From: Candidatus Cloacimonadales bacterium
GTDB lineage: Bacteria > Cloacimonadota > Cloacimonadia > Cloacimonadales > JAFGVF01
Reading direction: 5' to 3'
Length of the DNA stretch: 64,000 nucleotides
Assembly (NCBI GenBank): GCA_963663475.2
Contig: CAXXJV010000001.1
Coordinates: 672,001 to 736,000 of the forward strand
Below, piece after piece: positions 29,013 to 39,270 of this stretch. The notes below the pieces were generated by a model. That model saw only the letters and a list, made by a program, of their open reading frames with translations, did not search any database and was not told where the DNA came from. The position numbers and the translations under genes were made by a program. How positions within the stretch are numbered: position 1 is the stretch's first letter; each line of letters opens with the position of its first letter.

Positions 29013-29921
29013 ATGAGGAACAAGATGAAAAATTGGATTTTAGGTAAAATACAAAATATTGTAAGAATTATGATTTATAAATTTGGTTTCTTTATAATAA
29101 GTGACAAATTATATTTAAAGATAAGTTATTGGGCTAAAATGGGGAAAAAAATAAATTTTGATAATCCAGTATCTTATACTGAAAAAATCCAATGGCTAAA
29201 ATTAAATTATTATAAACCCGAATTTACAAAAATGGCAGATAAAATTGAAGCAAAAAACATTGTGTCTAATATTATTGGTGATGATTATGTGATTCCTTCG
29301 TTAGGAGTGTGGAATAATTTTGAAGAAATTGACTTTAATTTATTACCAAAACAGTTTGTTCTCAAAACAAATCATGATTCTGGAGGAGTTGTAGTTTGTA
29401 AAGATAAATCAAAGTTCAATATAGAAAATGCAAAAAGATTGCTATCCACTAGTTTAAAAAAAAAATATTATTATTGTGGAAGAGAACTCCCGTATAAAGG
29501 AATTAAACCTAAAATATTAGCAGAAAAATATTTAGTTGATGAGAGTAAACAAGAGTTAAAAGATTATAAATTTTTTTGTTTTAATGGAGAGCCAAAGCTT
29601 TTATTTGTAGCACAGAATAGACACATAGAAACTAAATTTGACTTTTTTGATATGCAATTTCATAAACTAAATATAAAAAATTATTATAAAAACTCTTCAA
29701 CTTTACAATCTAAACCAAAGAATTTTGAACTAATGATTGAATTAGCTAAGAAACTTTCCAAAGGGTTGCCACATATTAGAATTGATTTTTATAACATTTC
29801 AGGAAAAATATATTTTGGAGAATACACTTTTCATCATTTTGGGGGATATAAAAAATTTGAACCCGAAGAATGGGATTATGAAATAGGTAGCTGGTTAAAA
29901 TTACCTGAAAAAAATAGATGA
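29013..29921 (+). CDS. TupA-like ATP-grasp amide ligase (polysaccharide-associated)
   Basis: EKIQWLKL, LKTNHDSGG, DYKFFCFNG, RIDFY and YFGEYTF motifs. Confidence 0.9.
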   Translation: MRNKMKNWILGKIQNIVRIMIYKFGFFIISDKLYLKISYWAKMGKKINFDNPVSYTEKIQWLKLNYYKPEFTKMADKIEAKNIVSNIIGDDYVIPSLGVWNNFEEIDFNLLPKQFVLKTNHDSGGVVVCKDKSKFNIENAKRLLSTSLKKKYYYCGRELPYKGIKPKILAEKYLVDESKQELKDYKFFCFNGEPKLLFVAQNRHIETKFDFFDMQFHKLNIKNYYKNSSTLQSKPKNFELMIELAKKLSKGLPHIRIDFYNISGKIYFGEYTFHHFGGYKKFEPEEWDYEIGSWLKLPEKNR

Positions 29922-30440
29922 ATTAATAACAAATAAAATTCTTATTATACTAATAATATCATATCTATGTAGTAAATTAAAGTATGAATATTTTAGATGT
30001 AATATATTAACTAAACTGTAAGATTTATAATAGTAATGAGTATACTTTTTATATGAGAAAAAATATACACAAACTTTATAAATTAACAAGTATATTTAGT
30101 GTTAGTATAAAAGAAGTAATTGAAATAATAAATTTACTTAGATTGTACAGGTAGTAATTTTATATTAAGTTAATATAATCAAAAGACTAATCAGATAAAT
30201 AAAGCAAAATAATATTCATACTGATAGGTCTATATATAAAAGCGAAAGTAAATATAAAGGAAAAGTAACAAGTGTTATTAACCATTTTGATTAGTGTATT
30301 TCAGAATGAATATATCTGCATATACAAAGAAATTGTTAATTCTGTAATTTTAATTGGATTACTTCTAATAATAATATTAAGTAACAATTCGATTTTTAAT
30401 TTTTCACTTTATCAAAGTTACTTTAAAATAAAGGAGCAAT

Positions 30441-31862
30441 ATGAAAACTGTCGTTATTCAAGGATTAGGATTTGTCGGCTTAGCCATGGCCACCGTCGTC
30501 GCTAACGCTGTTGATGCAAAAGGAAACCCATTATACAATGTTATAGGTGTAGATCTTCCTATGAATCAAGATAGGATTGATCAAATTAATTTAGGAAATT
30601 TACCTTTCAAAAATGAAGACGAAACTTTCCCTGTTCAGTTGAAAAAAGCAGTTTTAGAATATAAAAACTTATTAGCTTCTACAGATGAAGATTGGTATAA
30701 AAAAGCAGATATCGTAGTTGTTGATATTCAACTTGACATCAAGAAGAGAGTTATTGGTAATGCTAAAGATTGTTACTTAGAGAAAGATGCTTTTATTAAA
30801 GCTATTCATACTTTAGGAAGGCATATCAAACAAGAGTGTTTAGTATTAGTTGAGACAACTGTAGCTCCTGGTTTTAGCAGACACGTTGTTAAACCTGCTT
30901 TAGATAAAGAATTTATGGAACGCGGTATAGATGTTGTGGCTAATCCTCCTCGCATTGCTCACTCTTATGAAAGAGTGATGCCTGGTAAAGAGTATTTAGC
31001 TTCTATTAGATCATATCCTCGCACCTTCTCAGGATTTGATAAGATAAGTGCTGACATGGCACGTGAATTCTTAGAAAATGTCCTTGAAGTGGATAAATTC
31101 CCTCTTAGAGAAGAGAAATCAACTGAAACTTCAGAGCTTGCCAAAGTTATGGAAAACTCTTACAGAGCAGTTAATATTGCTTTGGTTAACGAATGGACTT
31201 TGCTTGCTGAAAAGATGGAAGTGAATATTTTCGATGTTATCGAAGGTATCAAAAAGAGAAAGACCCATAATAACATGCTTTATCCAGGACTTGGTGTAGG
31301 TGGTTACTGTTTAACCAAAGATACTCTTCTTGCTTACTGGTCTGGAATTAATTTCTATGATGAAAATCTTGATTTACCTATGACTATTAAAGGTATTAAT
31401 ATTAATGATACTATGCCTTGGCATACTTATGACTTAATTAAAGACAAATTCTATGAAGATAAATTCAAAACAATCCTACTCGGTGTTTCCTACCGTGAAG
31501 ATGTGGGTGATACTCGCTATGCTCCAGCTGAAAAACTCTACACTAAATTAGATAATGATGGTTTAGATGTCCATGTCCACGACCCTTATGTAGATGAATG
31601 GCCAGAACTTCCTGAAGCTAAATTTATAGACCAAATTACAGACCTTAAAGAATATGATTGCGTGGTTCTTGGGGTAAAACATAACTGCTATCTAAACCTT
31701 TCAGCTGATGAACTTATCCAAGCTACAAAACCTCAAACCCTTATTGTGGATGCAAATAATATTCTTGATGATGAGAAGATTTTAGCTCTGCTAAAGAGTG
31801 GAAGAGATGTGATTGGTGTGGGTAAAGGGCACATAACGAGAATGAAAAGAGAGCTTGTTTAG
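30441..31862 (+). CDS. UDP-N-acetylhexosamine dehydrogenase-family nucleotide-sugar dehydrogenase
   Basis: GLGFVG, ETTVAPG, ENSYRAVNIA and PGLGVGGYCL motifs. Confidence 0.88.
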   Translation: MKTVVIQGLGFVGLAMATVVANAVDAKGNPLYNVIGVDLPMNQDRIDQINLGNLPFKNEDETFPVQLKKAVLEYKNLLASTDEDWYKKADIVVVDIQLDIKKRVIGNAKDCYLEKDAFIKAIHTLGRHIKQECLVLVETTVAPGFSRHVVKPALDKEFMERGIDVVANPPRIAHSYERVMPGKEYLASIRSYPRTFSGFDKISADMAREFLENVLEVDKFPLREEKSTETSELAKVMENSYRAVNIALVNEWTLLAEKMEVNIFDVIEGIKKRKTHNNMLYPGLGVGGYCLTKDTLLAYWSGINFYDENLDLPMTIKGININDTMPWHTYDLIKDKFYEDKFKTILLGVSYREDVGDTRYAPAEKLYTKLDNDGLDVHVHDPYVDEWPELPEAKFIDQITDLKEYDCVVLGVKHNCYLNLSADELIQATKPQTLIVDANNILDDEKILALLKSGRDVIGVGKGHITRMKRELV

Positions 31863-32298
31863 CCACAGAATACACAGAATACACTGAAAATATGATTTAT
31901 GAAAAAGAGTTGTCTAAAAAAGTTATAGGTTGTGTTTTAAATGTTTATCATACACTTTGGTTATGGATTTTTAGAAAAAATCTATGAAAATCACTTATGA
32001 TAGAACTGGAAAGGCAATATATTAAAGCTAAATGCCAACTACCAATCAAAGTGTATTATCAGAATATAATAGTAGGTGATTACTTCGCAGATATTGTAGT
32101 AGGAAATAAGATAATTTTAGAATTAAAACATGTTAATGAGCTAAACCTAGCACACGAAGCACATTTGTTAAATTACCTTAAAGCTACAGGTATAAAAGTT
32201 GGCTATTGGATAAACTTTGGAAAACCAAATGGTTTAGATTTTAAAAGATTAGTCTTTTAAAAATATTCTTTTCAGTGTTTTCTGTGTATTCACTGGCT
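31861..32298 (+). mobile_element. Putative minimal element: 30-bp inverted repeats enclosing GxxExxY copy 3
   Basis: AGCCACAGAATACACAGAATACACTGAAAA (31861-31890) matches the reverse complement of 32269-32298 at 27/30 positions. Confidence 0.6.
31892..32260 (+). pseudogene. Frameshifted GxxExxY gene, copy 3 (divergent subfamily)
   Basis: Starts MIYEKELSKKVIGCVLNVYHTL. GYGFLEKIYE reads in the +1 frame, then the original frame resumes (ADIVV..ILELK..HEAHLLNYLKATG). The original frame has a TGA between the two indels. Confidence 0.85.
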
Positions 32299-32539
32299 AA
32301 TTAAAATAGCAAGCTCATTTTTCTAAAATAGCATTTAGCTCATTAATAGAAGTTTTTGTCAGGTAATATATTTTTGAGTTAAGTTTTATTAAACGAGATA
32401 AATATTTGGACATTAAAAAATTTGCTGAAGAAATATCAAATAAAATTAACTCTTTGTGAAATTATCATTTAAACAATTAAACAAAACCACAGTTCAACTC
32501 TAATTGTTTTCAGTAGCTATACACAAAAAAGGAATATTT

Positions 32540-33412
32540 ATGAAGGGAATTATATTAGCAGGAGGAGCAGGTTCAAGGCTTCATCCTTTAACATTTAGTA
32601 TTTCAAAGCAATTATTGCCAATATATAATAAACCAATGATTTATTATCCTATGTCAATTTTAATGTTGGCAGGGATTAGAGAGATTTTGATAATATCGAC
32701 ACCTCATGATTTACCAAATTTTCAGAAATTATTTGGTGATGGGAGTCAATTAGGATTAAAATTAACTTATACCGAACAGGCTCAACCTAATGGATTGGCA
32801 GAAGCTTTTATTATTGGAGAAGAATTTATTGATAATGATAATGTTAGCTTAATTCTTGGGGATAATATTTTTTATGGCCAGAATCTTCCAACCCTATTGA
32901 CAAAAGTTTCAGGTTTAACAGATGGTGCAGAGATATTTGGTTATTATGTTCATGATCCAGAAAGATATGGCGTGGCTGAGGTAGATGAAAAATGGAATGT
33001 GTTAACAATAGAAGAAAAACCAGAAAAGCCGAAATCAAATTATGCTGTTGTTGGTTTATATTTCTATGATAATCAAGTAGTAGAAATAGCTAAGAATATA
33101 AAGCCTTCAAAAAGAGGTGAATTAGAGATAACTTCAGTCAATGAAGAGTACCTAAAACGAGGTCAGCTTAAACTTCATCCTTTGGGTAGAGGAACAACTT
33201 GGCTTGATACCGGAACGCACGAATCTTTGCTTGAAGCAGGAAAATTCGTAGAGATTATTGAAAAGAGACAAGGATTGAAAATAGCTTGTTTAGAAGAGAT
33301 TGCTTACCGTAAAGGTTATATAGATCATACACAACTAATTAAATGCAGTGAAGCATTTGGTAAGAGTGAGTATGGATCATATTTGAAAGAGCTAGTTAAG
33401 TTAAAATCATAG
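32540..33412 (+). CDS. rfbA: Glucose-1-phosphate thymidylyltransferase
   Basis: [36 protein letters not shown] and WLDTGT motifs. Confidence 0.96.
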   Translation: MKGIILAGGAGSRLHPLTFSISKQLLPIYNKPMIYYPMSILMLAGIREILIISTPHDLPNFQKLFGDGSQLGLKLTYTEQAQPNGLAEAFIIGEEFIDNDNVSLILGDNIFYGQNLPTLLTKVSGLTDGAEIFGYYVHDPERYGVAEVDEKWNVLTIEEKPEKPKSNYAVVGLYFYDNQVVEIAKNIKPSKRGELEITSVNEEYLKRGQLKLHPLGRGTTWLDTGTHESLLEAGKFVEIIEKRQGLKIACLEEIAYRKGYIDHTQLIKCSEAFGKSEYGSYLKELVKLKS

Positions 33413-33432
33413 CATAAAAGAGGTTTATTTAC

Positions 33433-33843
33433 ATGAAAGATAGTCATATAATTAATTTTAATGAGATTAAAGACACAAGAGGTAAGCTTGTATCTATCGA
33501 GAATTGTAAGAATATCCCATTTGAGATTAAAAGAGTATATTACTTATATGCTTTAAATATATCATTAAGTAGGGGGTATCATGCTCACAGAAAGTTAAAG
33601 CAAATTCTAATATGCATAAATGGAAATTGTGAAATTTTACTAGATGATGGATATATTAAAAAAACATATAGATTAGAAACAAGGAACAAGGGGATTTTGA
33701 TTGAACACATGGTTTGGCGAGAGATGTATAATTTCAGTAAAGATTGTGTTATTCTTGTTTTAGCATCTGATTATTATAATGAAGATGATTATATAAGAAA
33801 TTATGAACAGTTTATAGATTATTTAAAAAGAGATAATCACTAG
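33433..33843 (+). CDS. fdtA: dTDP-4-keto-6-deoxyglucose 3,4-ketoisomerase (FdtA/QdtA cupin)
   Basis: DTRGKL, IPFEIKRVYY, RGYHAH and YIRNY motifs. Confidence 0.88.
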   Translation: MKDSHIINFNEIKDTRGKLVSIENCKNIPFEIKRVYYLYALNISLSRGYHAHRKLKQILICINGNCEILLDDGYIKKTYRLETRNKGILIEHMVWREMYNFSKDCVILVLASDYYNEDDYIRNYEQFIDYLKRDNH

Positions 33844-33853
33844 TGGAGCAATA

Positions 33854-34744
33854 ATGAAAAATAATTTGTATAGAAGCTTGATGTTCGTTCCAGGACATAA
33901 CGAAAAACTAATGTTAAGTGCATCAACTAGCAATGCTGATATATTGCTGTTAGATTTAGAGGATTCTGTTAGGCCTAATTCTAATAAAAAGGTTGCTCGA
34001 GATACAATTGAGAAGTTTATTGTTGCAGGAAAATTTGAACAATTTAAGGTTTTTCCTCGAGTTAATGACCGAGAGAGTGGTTACTTACTAAAAGATGTTC
34101 ATCAATTAGCAATAGATGGGATTGATGGTTTTATGTATCCTAAAGCACATACTGGGGAGGATATATATTTTTTTGATAAACTTCTTGAGACAATAGAATA
34201 TGAAAAGAACTTTCCTATAGGAAAGTTCAAGATAATACCTTTAATAGAGACTTCAGCAGCTGTATTAAATGCACAAGAAATTTGTAAAGCTTCAAAAAGA
34301 GTTGTGGCAATAGCATTTGGTTGTGAAGATTTTATAACAGATTTACAGGGAATTCACGACAATGTGGGATTGAGTATATTAAATCCAAGAGCCTTAATCG
34401 CTTTAGCTGCTCGGGCTAATAATGTAATTCCTGTTGATACAGTTCATATTAATGTACATGATTTAGAAGATTTAGAAAAGAATTTAATTTTAGCAAAGAA
34501 GTTGGGTTTTGAAGGCATGCTTGTATTACATCCAAAAGAAATAGAATTAGTTCATAAGTATTATTCTCCATCAAAAGAAGACTATGATGATGCAATTGAA
34601 ATGTTAAGATTATATAAAGATGCAGAACTTAATAACCAAGGGGTAGCTGTTAAAAATAACAAATTCATTGGTCCTCCGATGGTTGAAACTGCTAAGAGAA
34701 TCAAACAAAAATATGAAGGAATTCATGGAAAAAACAATGAGTAA
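33854..34744 (+). CDS. CitE/malyl-CoA lyase-family (HpcH/HpaI) enzyme
   Basis: RSLMFVPG, LDLEDSV, LIETS, AFGCEDF and GFEG..LHP motifs. Confidence 0.88.
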   Translation: MKNNLYRSLMFVPGHNEKLMLSASTSNADILLLDLEDSVRPNSNKKVARDTIEKFIVAGKFEQFKVFPRVNDRESGYLLKDVHQLAIDGIDGFMYPKAHTGEDIYFFDKLLETIEYEKNFPIGKFKIIPLIETSAAVLNAQEICKASKRVVAIAFGCEDFITDLQGIHDNVGLSILNPRALIALAARANNVIPVDTVHINVHDLEDLEKNLILAKKLGFEGMLVLHPKEIELVHKYYSPSKEDYDDAIEMLRLYKDAELNNQGVAVKNNKFIGPPMVETAKRIKQKYEGIHGKNNE

Positions 34745-35417
34745 CAAAGTAATAATCTTAGGTGGAGAAGGTAATGGTGGAGTAGTAGCTGCCTGTATTC
34801 AAGATATGAATTTGAGATACAAAAATACTAATTTTTCAGTTATGGGCTTTTTAAATGATATGGAAGAAATAGGTAGTGAAATTAATGGATTTCCAGTTTT
34901 AGGAAAAACAAAAGATTATGTCAATTTTATTAAAGATGATAATATTTTGTTTATGTTTGCAATTCACCCTGTAGGCCATGGATCTTTAAGGATTAAACTT
35001 TTTAATGCTTTAAATATACCACAAGAAAAATTAGCAACTATAATTCATCCTTCTGCATTCATTGGCTACAATGCGGTAATTGAGCCAGGGGCTATGATTA
35101 TGGCTAACTCGTATGTTGGTACTGCAACGAAGATTGGAAAGTGTGCATTATTGATGTCCAATACAGTAGTAGGACATAACACACAAATTGGTGATTTCTG
35201 TCATTTATCTGTTGGTTGTGTAGTGAGTTCTTATGTGAAAATAGCTGAAGCTTCTGATATTGCTTTGAATGCTACAGTTCTCGAAAAAATTACTATAGAA
35301 AAAAATGCGGTTGTAGGTGCCGGAGCTATGATAACCAAAGATATCAAAGAAAATCAAATTGTGGTAGGCAATCCCCAAAGAGTGCTCAGGTTAGCAAGTG
35401 ATAAAAGAAGGTATTGA
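34737..35417 (+). CDS. NeuD/PglD-family sugar acyltransferase (left-handed beta-helix)
   Basis: N-terminal [15 protein letters not shown], hexapeptide repeats and VVGNP. Confidence 0.85.
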   Translation: MSNKVIILGGEGNGGVVAACIQDMNLRYKNTNFSVMGFLNDMEEIGSEINGFPVLGKTKDYVNFIKDDNILFMFAIHPVGHGSLRIKLFNALNIPQEKLATIIHPSAFIGYNAVIEPGAMIMANSYVGTATKIGKCALLMSNTVVGHNTQIGDFCHLSVGCVVSSYVKIAEASDIALNATVLEKITIEKNAVVGAGAMITKDIKENQIVVGNPQRVLRLASDKRRY

Positions 35418-36514
35418 TGATAAAGTTTTTAGACTTAAAAAAAATGAATCAGAAATATGAGAAGGAATTACTTCAATCTTATCAAAAGGTAATTAACTCA
35501 GGGTGGTTGGTTCTAGGAAATGAAGTAGAAGAATTTGAGAAAATGTTTGCAACTTATTGCGGTGTAGATCATTGCATTGGAGTTGGCAATGGCCTTGAAG
35601 CATTACATCTAATATTGCGAGCTTATGGTATTGGTGAAGGGCATGAAGTTATTGTTCCCTCAAACACATATATAGCAACATGGCTTGCTGTAACATACTC
35701 TGGAGCTATAGTAGTTCCTGTTGAACCAGATATTGATACATATAACATAGATTATACTAAAATAAAAGATAAAATTACAAGCAGAACAAAAGCAATAATT
35801 GCTGTACATTTGTATGGAAGAACATGCGAGATGGACGAGATAAAAAAGATAGCTAATATTAACGGTCTTAAGGTTATAGAAGATGCTGCTCAAGCACATG
35901 GGGCTATCTACAAAGGGAACAAAGTTGGGTCTTTAGGAGATGCTGCTGGGTTCAGTTTTTATCCAGGAAAAAATTTAGGAGCATTAGGAGATGCAGGTTG
36001 TGTTACAACTAACGATCCAGGACTTGCCAGAAAGATTAGGTCTTTAAGAAATTATGGATCTGAAGAAAAATATGTAAATAAGTTTCAAGGTTTTAATAGT
36101 AGATTAGATGAAATACAAGCTTCTTTTTTAAAAGTTAAGTTAAAATATTTAGAAGAAGAAAATAAGGCACGAAGAGAAATAGCAAAAAAGTACTTACAAG
36201 AGATCAATAATAAGAATATTATTCTTCCTGCATTATTTGAAGAAAGTTATGAATCTCATGTATGGCATCAGTTTGTAGTTAGAGCAAAGAATAGAAATAA
36301 CTTGCAAGATTATTTAAAAGATAATGCTATAGAAACTATGATTCATTATCCAATTCCTCCTCATAAGCAAGAAGCTTATCGTGAAATGAACAATTGGGAA
36401 TATCCAATATCTCAAAAAATACATGAGGAAGTTATTAGTTTACCTATTAATTCAAGCTTATATAAAAAAGAGATTGAACATATTGTGAAAACACTAAATA
36501 ACTACTTTAAATAA
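35414..36514 (+). CDS. fdtB: DegT-family C3 sugar aminotransferase (FdtB/QdtB-like)
   Basis: [33 protein letters not shown] and NSRLDEIQA motifs. Confidence 0.88.
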   Translation: MMIKFLDLKKMNQKYEKELLQSYQKVINSGWLVLGNEVEEFEKMFATYCGVDHCIGVGNGLEALHLILRAYGIGEGHEVIVPSNTYIATWLAVTYSGAIVVPVEPDIDTYNIDYTKIKDKITSRTKAIIAVHLYGRTCEMDEIKKIANINGLKVIEDAAQAHGAIYKGNKVGSLGDAAGFSFYPGKNLGALGDAGCVTTNDPGLARKIRSLRNYGSEEKYVNKFQGFNSRLDEIQASFLKVKLKYLEEENKARREIAKKYLQEINNKNIILPALFEESYESHVWHQFVVRAKNRNNLQDYLKDNAIETMIHYPIPPHKQEAYREMNNWEYPISQKIHEEVISLPINSSLYKKEIEHIVKTLNNYFK

Positions 36515-36516
36515 AT

Positions 36517-36906
36517 ATGTATTCAGTTATCCATAAGTTTACAAAATTTTCAATAGTTGGATTGATTATAACAGGTACTTCCTTGTTCACTTCATTTTTG
36601 TTTTTGAAAGTTATTGGTACGCCACTAATTATTACTTACATTTTAAATTATTTTGCTATGATAACACTGTCTTATTTATTAAATGCATGGTTTGTTTTTA
36701 ATACAAATTATAATTTTAAGCATTTATTTCTATATTATTTGTCTTACATTATTGGAATGGTATTAGGTATTGTTCTGTTAAAAGTTTTTAGAGAGATGTT
36801 TACTTTCGAAAATTGGGTTCTGTCATATATGGTAATACCTTTCACCATGCTGTGTAATTTTACTTTTGCCAACAAAATTTTTAAGAGAAGGTCAAATGGA
36901 AAATAA
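36517..36906 (+). CDS. GtrA-family small flippase
   Basis: 129 aa with four TM helices; KFSIVG, SYLLNAWFVF and NF..NKIF. Confidence 0.75.
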   Translation: MYSVIHKFTKFSIVGLIITGTSLFTSFLFLKVIGTPLIITYILNYFAMITLSYLLNAWFVFNTNYNFKHLFLYYLSYIIGMVLGIVLLKVFREMFTFENWVLSYMVIPFTMLCNFTFANKIFKRRSNGK

Positions 36907-37837
36907 CCTTTATTCTATAGTTTTATTATCTTACTATAGTGAAAAAAGATTAAAAGATGTTTATAGAATCGCTAGTGAAAGCTTTGAAAAAGAAAGTATC
37001 CCTTTTGAGTTTATAATTATGGATGATGGCTCAAAAGATAAATCATTCGAAAAGGCATTGGAATTAGAAAAGCAATATGAGAACATTAGAGCATACCAGC
37101 TTAGCAAAAACTATAATAGTCAATATTCAAAATTTGCAGGCTTTTCAATAGCAAGAGGTTCATGTGTTACTTCAATGCCAGATGATGGACAAGTTCCGAT
37201 AGATGTATATGTTAAAATGTATAGGTTATGGCAAAAAGGAGAAAAGGTAATCATACCATATAGAGAAAAACGGAACGATGGCATTGTTTCAGATGCTTTT
37301 TCAAGTAGTTATTATAAGGTAATGAATTATTTTAGCGATGTGAAATTTCCTAAAGGTGGGGCAGATATCTTCACTATAGACAGGGAAGTATTAGATATAG
37401 TAAACAATAGGATCCATCCGATAAATACATCAATGCTTGTTGAGGTATTAAGGTTAGGGTTTGATCCTTATTTTTTTGGGTTTGAAAGACCACAAAATAA
37501 ATATTGCAAGTCTAGATGGACAATGAGAAAGAAAATTAAACATGCAAAAGATACTTTTTTTTCATCTTCATCTTTTCCTATAAAATTGATTACTGGGTTA
37601 GGTATTAGTTCTTCATTTTTTTCGATTTGCTTAATTTTTTTTTCAATTTGGTATAAGTTATATGGAAATATATACATAGCTGGATTTTCAATACCTGGTT
37701 GGACTACCACATTAATATTTATTTCGATGTTTTCTGGATTAATTTTGTTAAGTTTGGGAATCATTTCAGAATATATTTGGAGAATATATGAAGAAGTGAA
37801 AGATAGACCAGGATATATTATAAAGAAAAAAGAATAG
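36896..37837 (+). CDS. GtrB/ArnC-like GT2 polyprenol-phosphate glycosyltransferase
   Basis: DDGSKD, LSKNY, two C-terminal TM helices and EYIWRIYEEVKDRPGYII. Confidence 0.88.
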   Translation: MENNLYSIVLLSYYSEKRLKDVYRIASESFEKESIPFEFIIMDDGSKDKSFEKALELEKQYENIRAYQLSKNYNSQYSKFAGFSIARGSCVTSMPDDGQVPIDVYVKMYRLWQKGEKVIIPYREKRNDGIVSDAFSSSYYKVMNYFSDVKFPKGGADIFTIDREVLDIVNNRIHPINTSMLVEVLRLGFDPYFFGFERPQNKYCKSRWTMRKKIKHAKDTFFSSSSFPIKLITGLGISSSFFSICLIFFSIWYKLYGNIYIAGFSIPGWTTTLIFISMFSGLILLSLGIISEYIWRIYEEVKDRPGYIIKKKE

Positions 37838-37878
37838 GTTGTGTAGTATCTATAAATTCAGCAACATTTGGGGGAAAT

Positions 37879-39270
37879 ATGATAAGAGTATTAAGTAAAT
37901 TGAATGATGGAATGTTTTACATTCTAATAGTAGTAGTAACTGTGTTAATGGGTATATTTGCAATTAATAATCACGAGATGAATAAAATTCCTCCAGATTC
38001 TGTAGGGTATTATAATTATGGATATAATATTGTGTATAGAGGGCATTATAGTTATAAAATAGGTGCAGACCAAGAAAATTTTTTCCGAGAACCTGGTTAT
38101 CCTTATTTTGTTGCTTTTACGCTAAAGATATATCAGTTATTTGATACAATAAATCCAATTACTGAGTATGATAAAGATAAAAGAATGGTAGTTAGCAGGA
38201 TCAATAACGAATTAGATTTTATAAGATATTTTCAAATTGTTTTATTTATAATCACCAATTTATTTATATATAAATTTTTAAGTTTATTTAACAAAAGGGA
38301 CTTGTCTAGGATCGTTACTTTACTTACAGTATTTTTTTATCCCTTTATAGTGCATGTAAATGGTATACTTCGTGAGTCTTTGCTCACAGCACTTTTTACA
38401 GTTATGGTTTATTTTTATGCACTATTTATTAAAGAGAAGAGAACTGAAGTACTAGCTATTTCATCATTTTTTTTAGCTCTATCAATTTTAACTTTTCAAA
38501 TTATGGTAGCGTTTATTCCTATATATATAATAGTTATTTGTTTTGTTAAAGATAATTTACTGAGAAAAGCTAAAAATATTATTATTTTTTTACTGATTAT
38601 ATTCTTAACCATTGCTCCATGGATAACTAAAGTTTATAGGTATTATCCAAATGTGAAAATAATTAAGACCGTAGGCAGTAGTCTAACTTATGAAAGCCAA
38701 ACATGGAGAAAAGCTATTAATAATGCTGGTTATCAAGGGCATAACACAACTACTGAAAGAAAGAAACTTTTTAGTAAGTATTTGCACAATATGGAATCGA
38801 AAGAGCAGTTTGATCTTTCTTTTAATGGATGGTATTTAGAAGAAGCTAAAAAAATAAATTCTACATTAAATACACAAGGAAAAATTGTAAAAAAAATAAA
38901 GCAAGTACTTAATTACTATTATTATAATACCTTTAAACACAATTGGTCACCGTTAAATGCTAAAGAAATCATCAGTGAAAAAGAGTTTTATAAGTTAATT
39001 CCTTTTGCTATAAGTTTGATTTTAGGATTGATGAGCACTATTAGTTTTTTATATATTAGATGGAAGCATTTGCCATATTTATTTTTTCATTTGTTATATT
39101 ACATGGGAGTTATATGTGGTATAGGAGATGAAAGAAGAAGGTTTATACCTTTTATACCTATTCTGATCTATTTAGCTACAGTTGTTATTATTCGCAGTAT
39201 TACTATGGTAAAAAAAAATCATTTATATCTTACGATAAGAAGTAAAGAATGGAAAAACAACCAATTATAA
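37879..39270 (+). CDS. GT-C (ArnT/PMT-like) membrane glycosyltransferase
   Basis: DSVGYY, REPGYPYF, ILRESL and APW motifs; many TM helices; follows the gtrA/gtrB-like genes. Confidence 0.7.
   Translation: MIRVLSKLNDGMFYILIVVVTVLMGIFAINNHEMNKIPPDSVGYYNYGYNIVYRGHYSYKIGADQENFFREPGYPYFVAFTLKIYQLFDTINPITEYDKDKRMVVSRINNELDFIRYFQIVLFIITNLFIYKFLSLFNKRDLSRIVTLLTVFFYPFIVHVNGILRESLLTALFTVMVYFYALFIKEKRTEVLAISSFFLALSILTFQIMVAFIPIYIIVICFVKDNLLRKAKNIIIFLLIIFLTIAPWITKVYRYYPNVKIIKTVGSSLTYESQTWRKAINNAGYQGHNTTTERKKLFSKYLHNMESKEQFDLSFNGWYLEEAKKINSTLNTQGKIVKKIKQVLNYYYYNTFKHNWSPLNAKEIISEKEFYKLIPFAISLILGLMSTISFLYIRWKHLPYLFFHLLYYMGVICGIGDERRRFIPFIPILIYLATVVIIRSITMVKKNHLYLTIRSKEWKNNQL

Noticed and set aside
29922-30440. 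Possible gene in the very AT-rich gap (ORFs 29901 and 30272)
   Set aside because: No motifs or credible RBS. It may be a decayed remnant, but that cannot be supported from the sequence.
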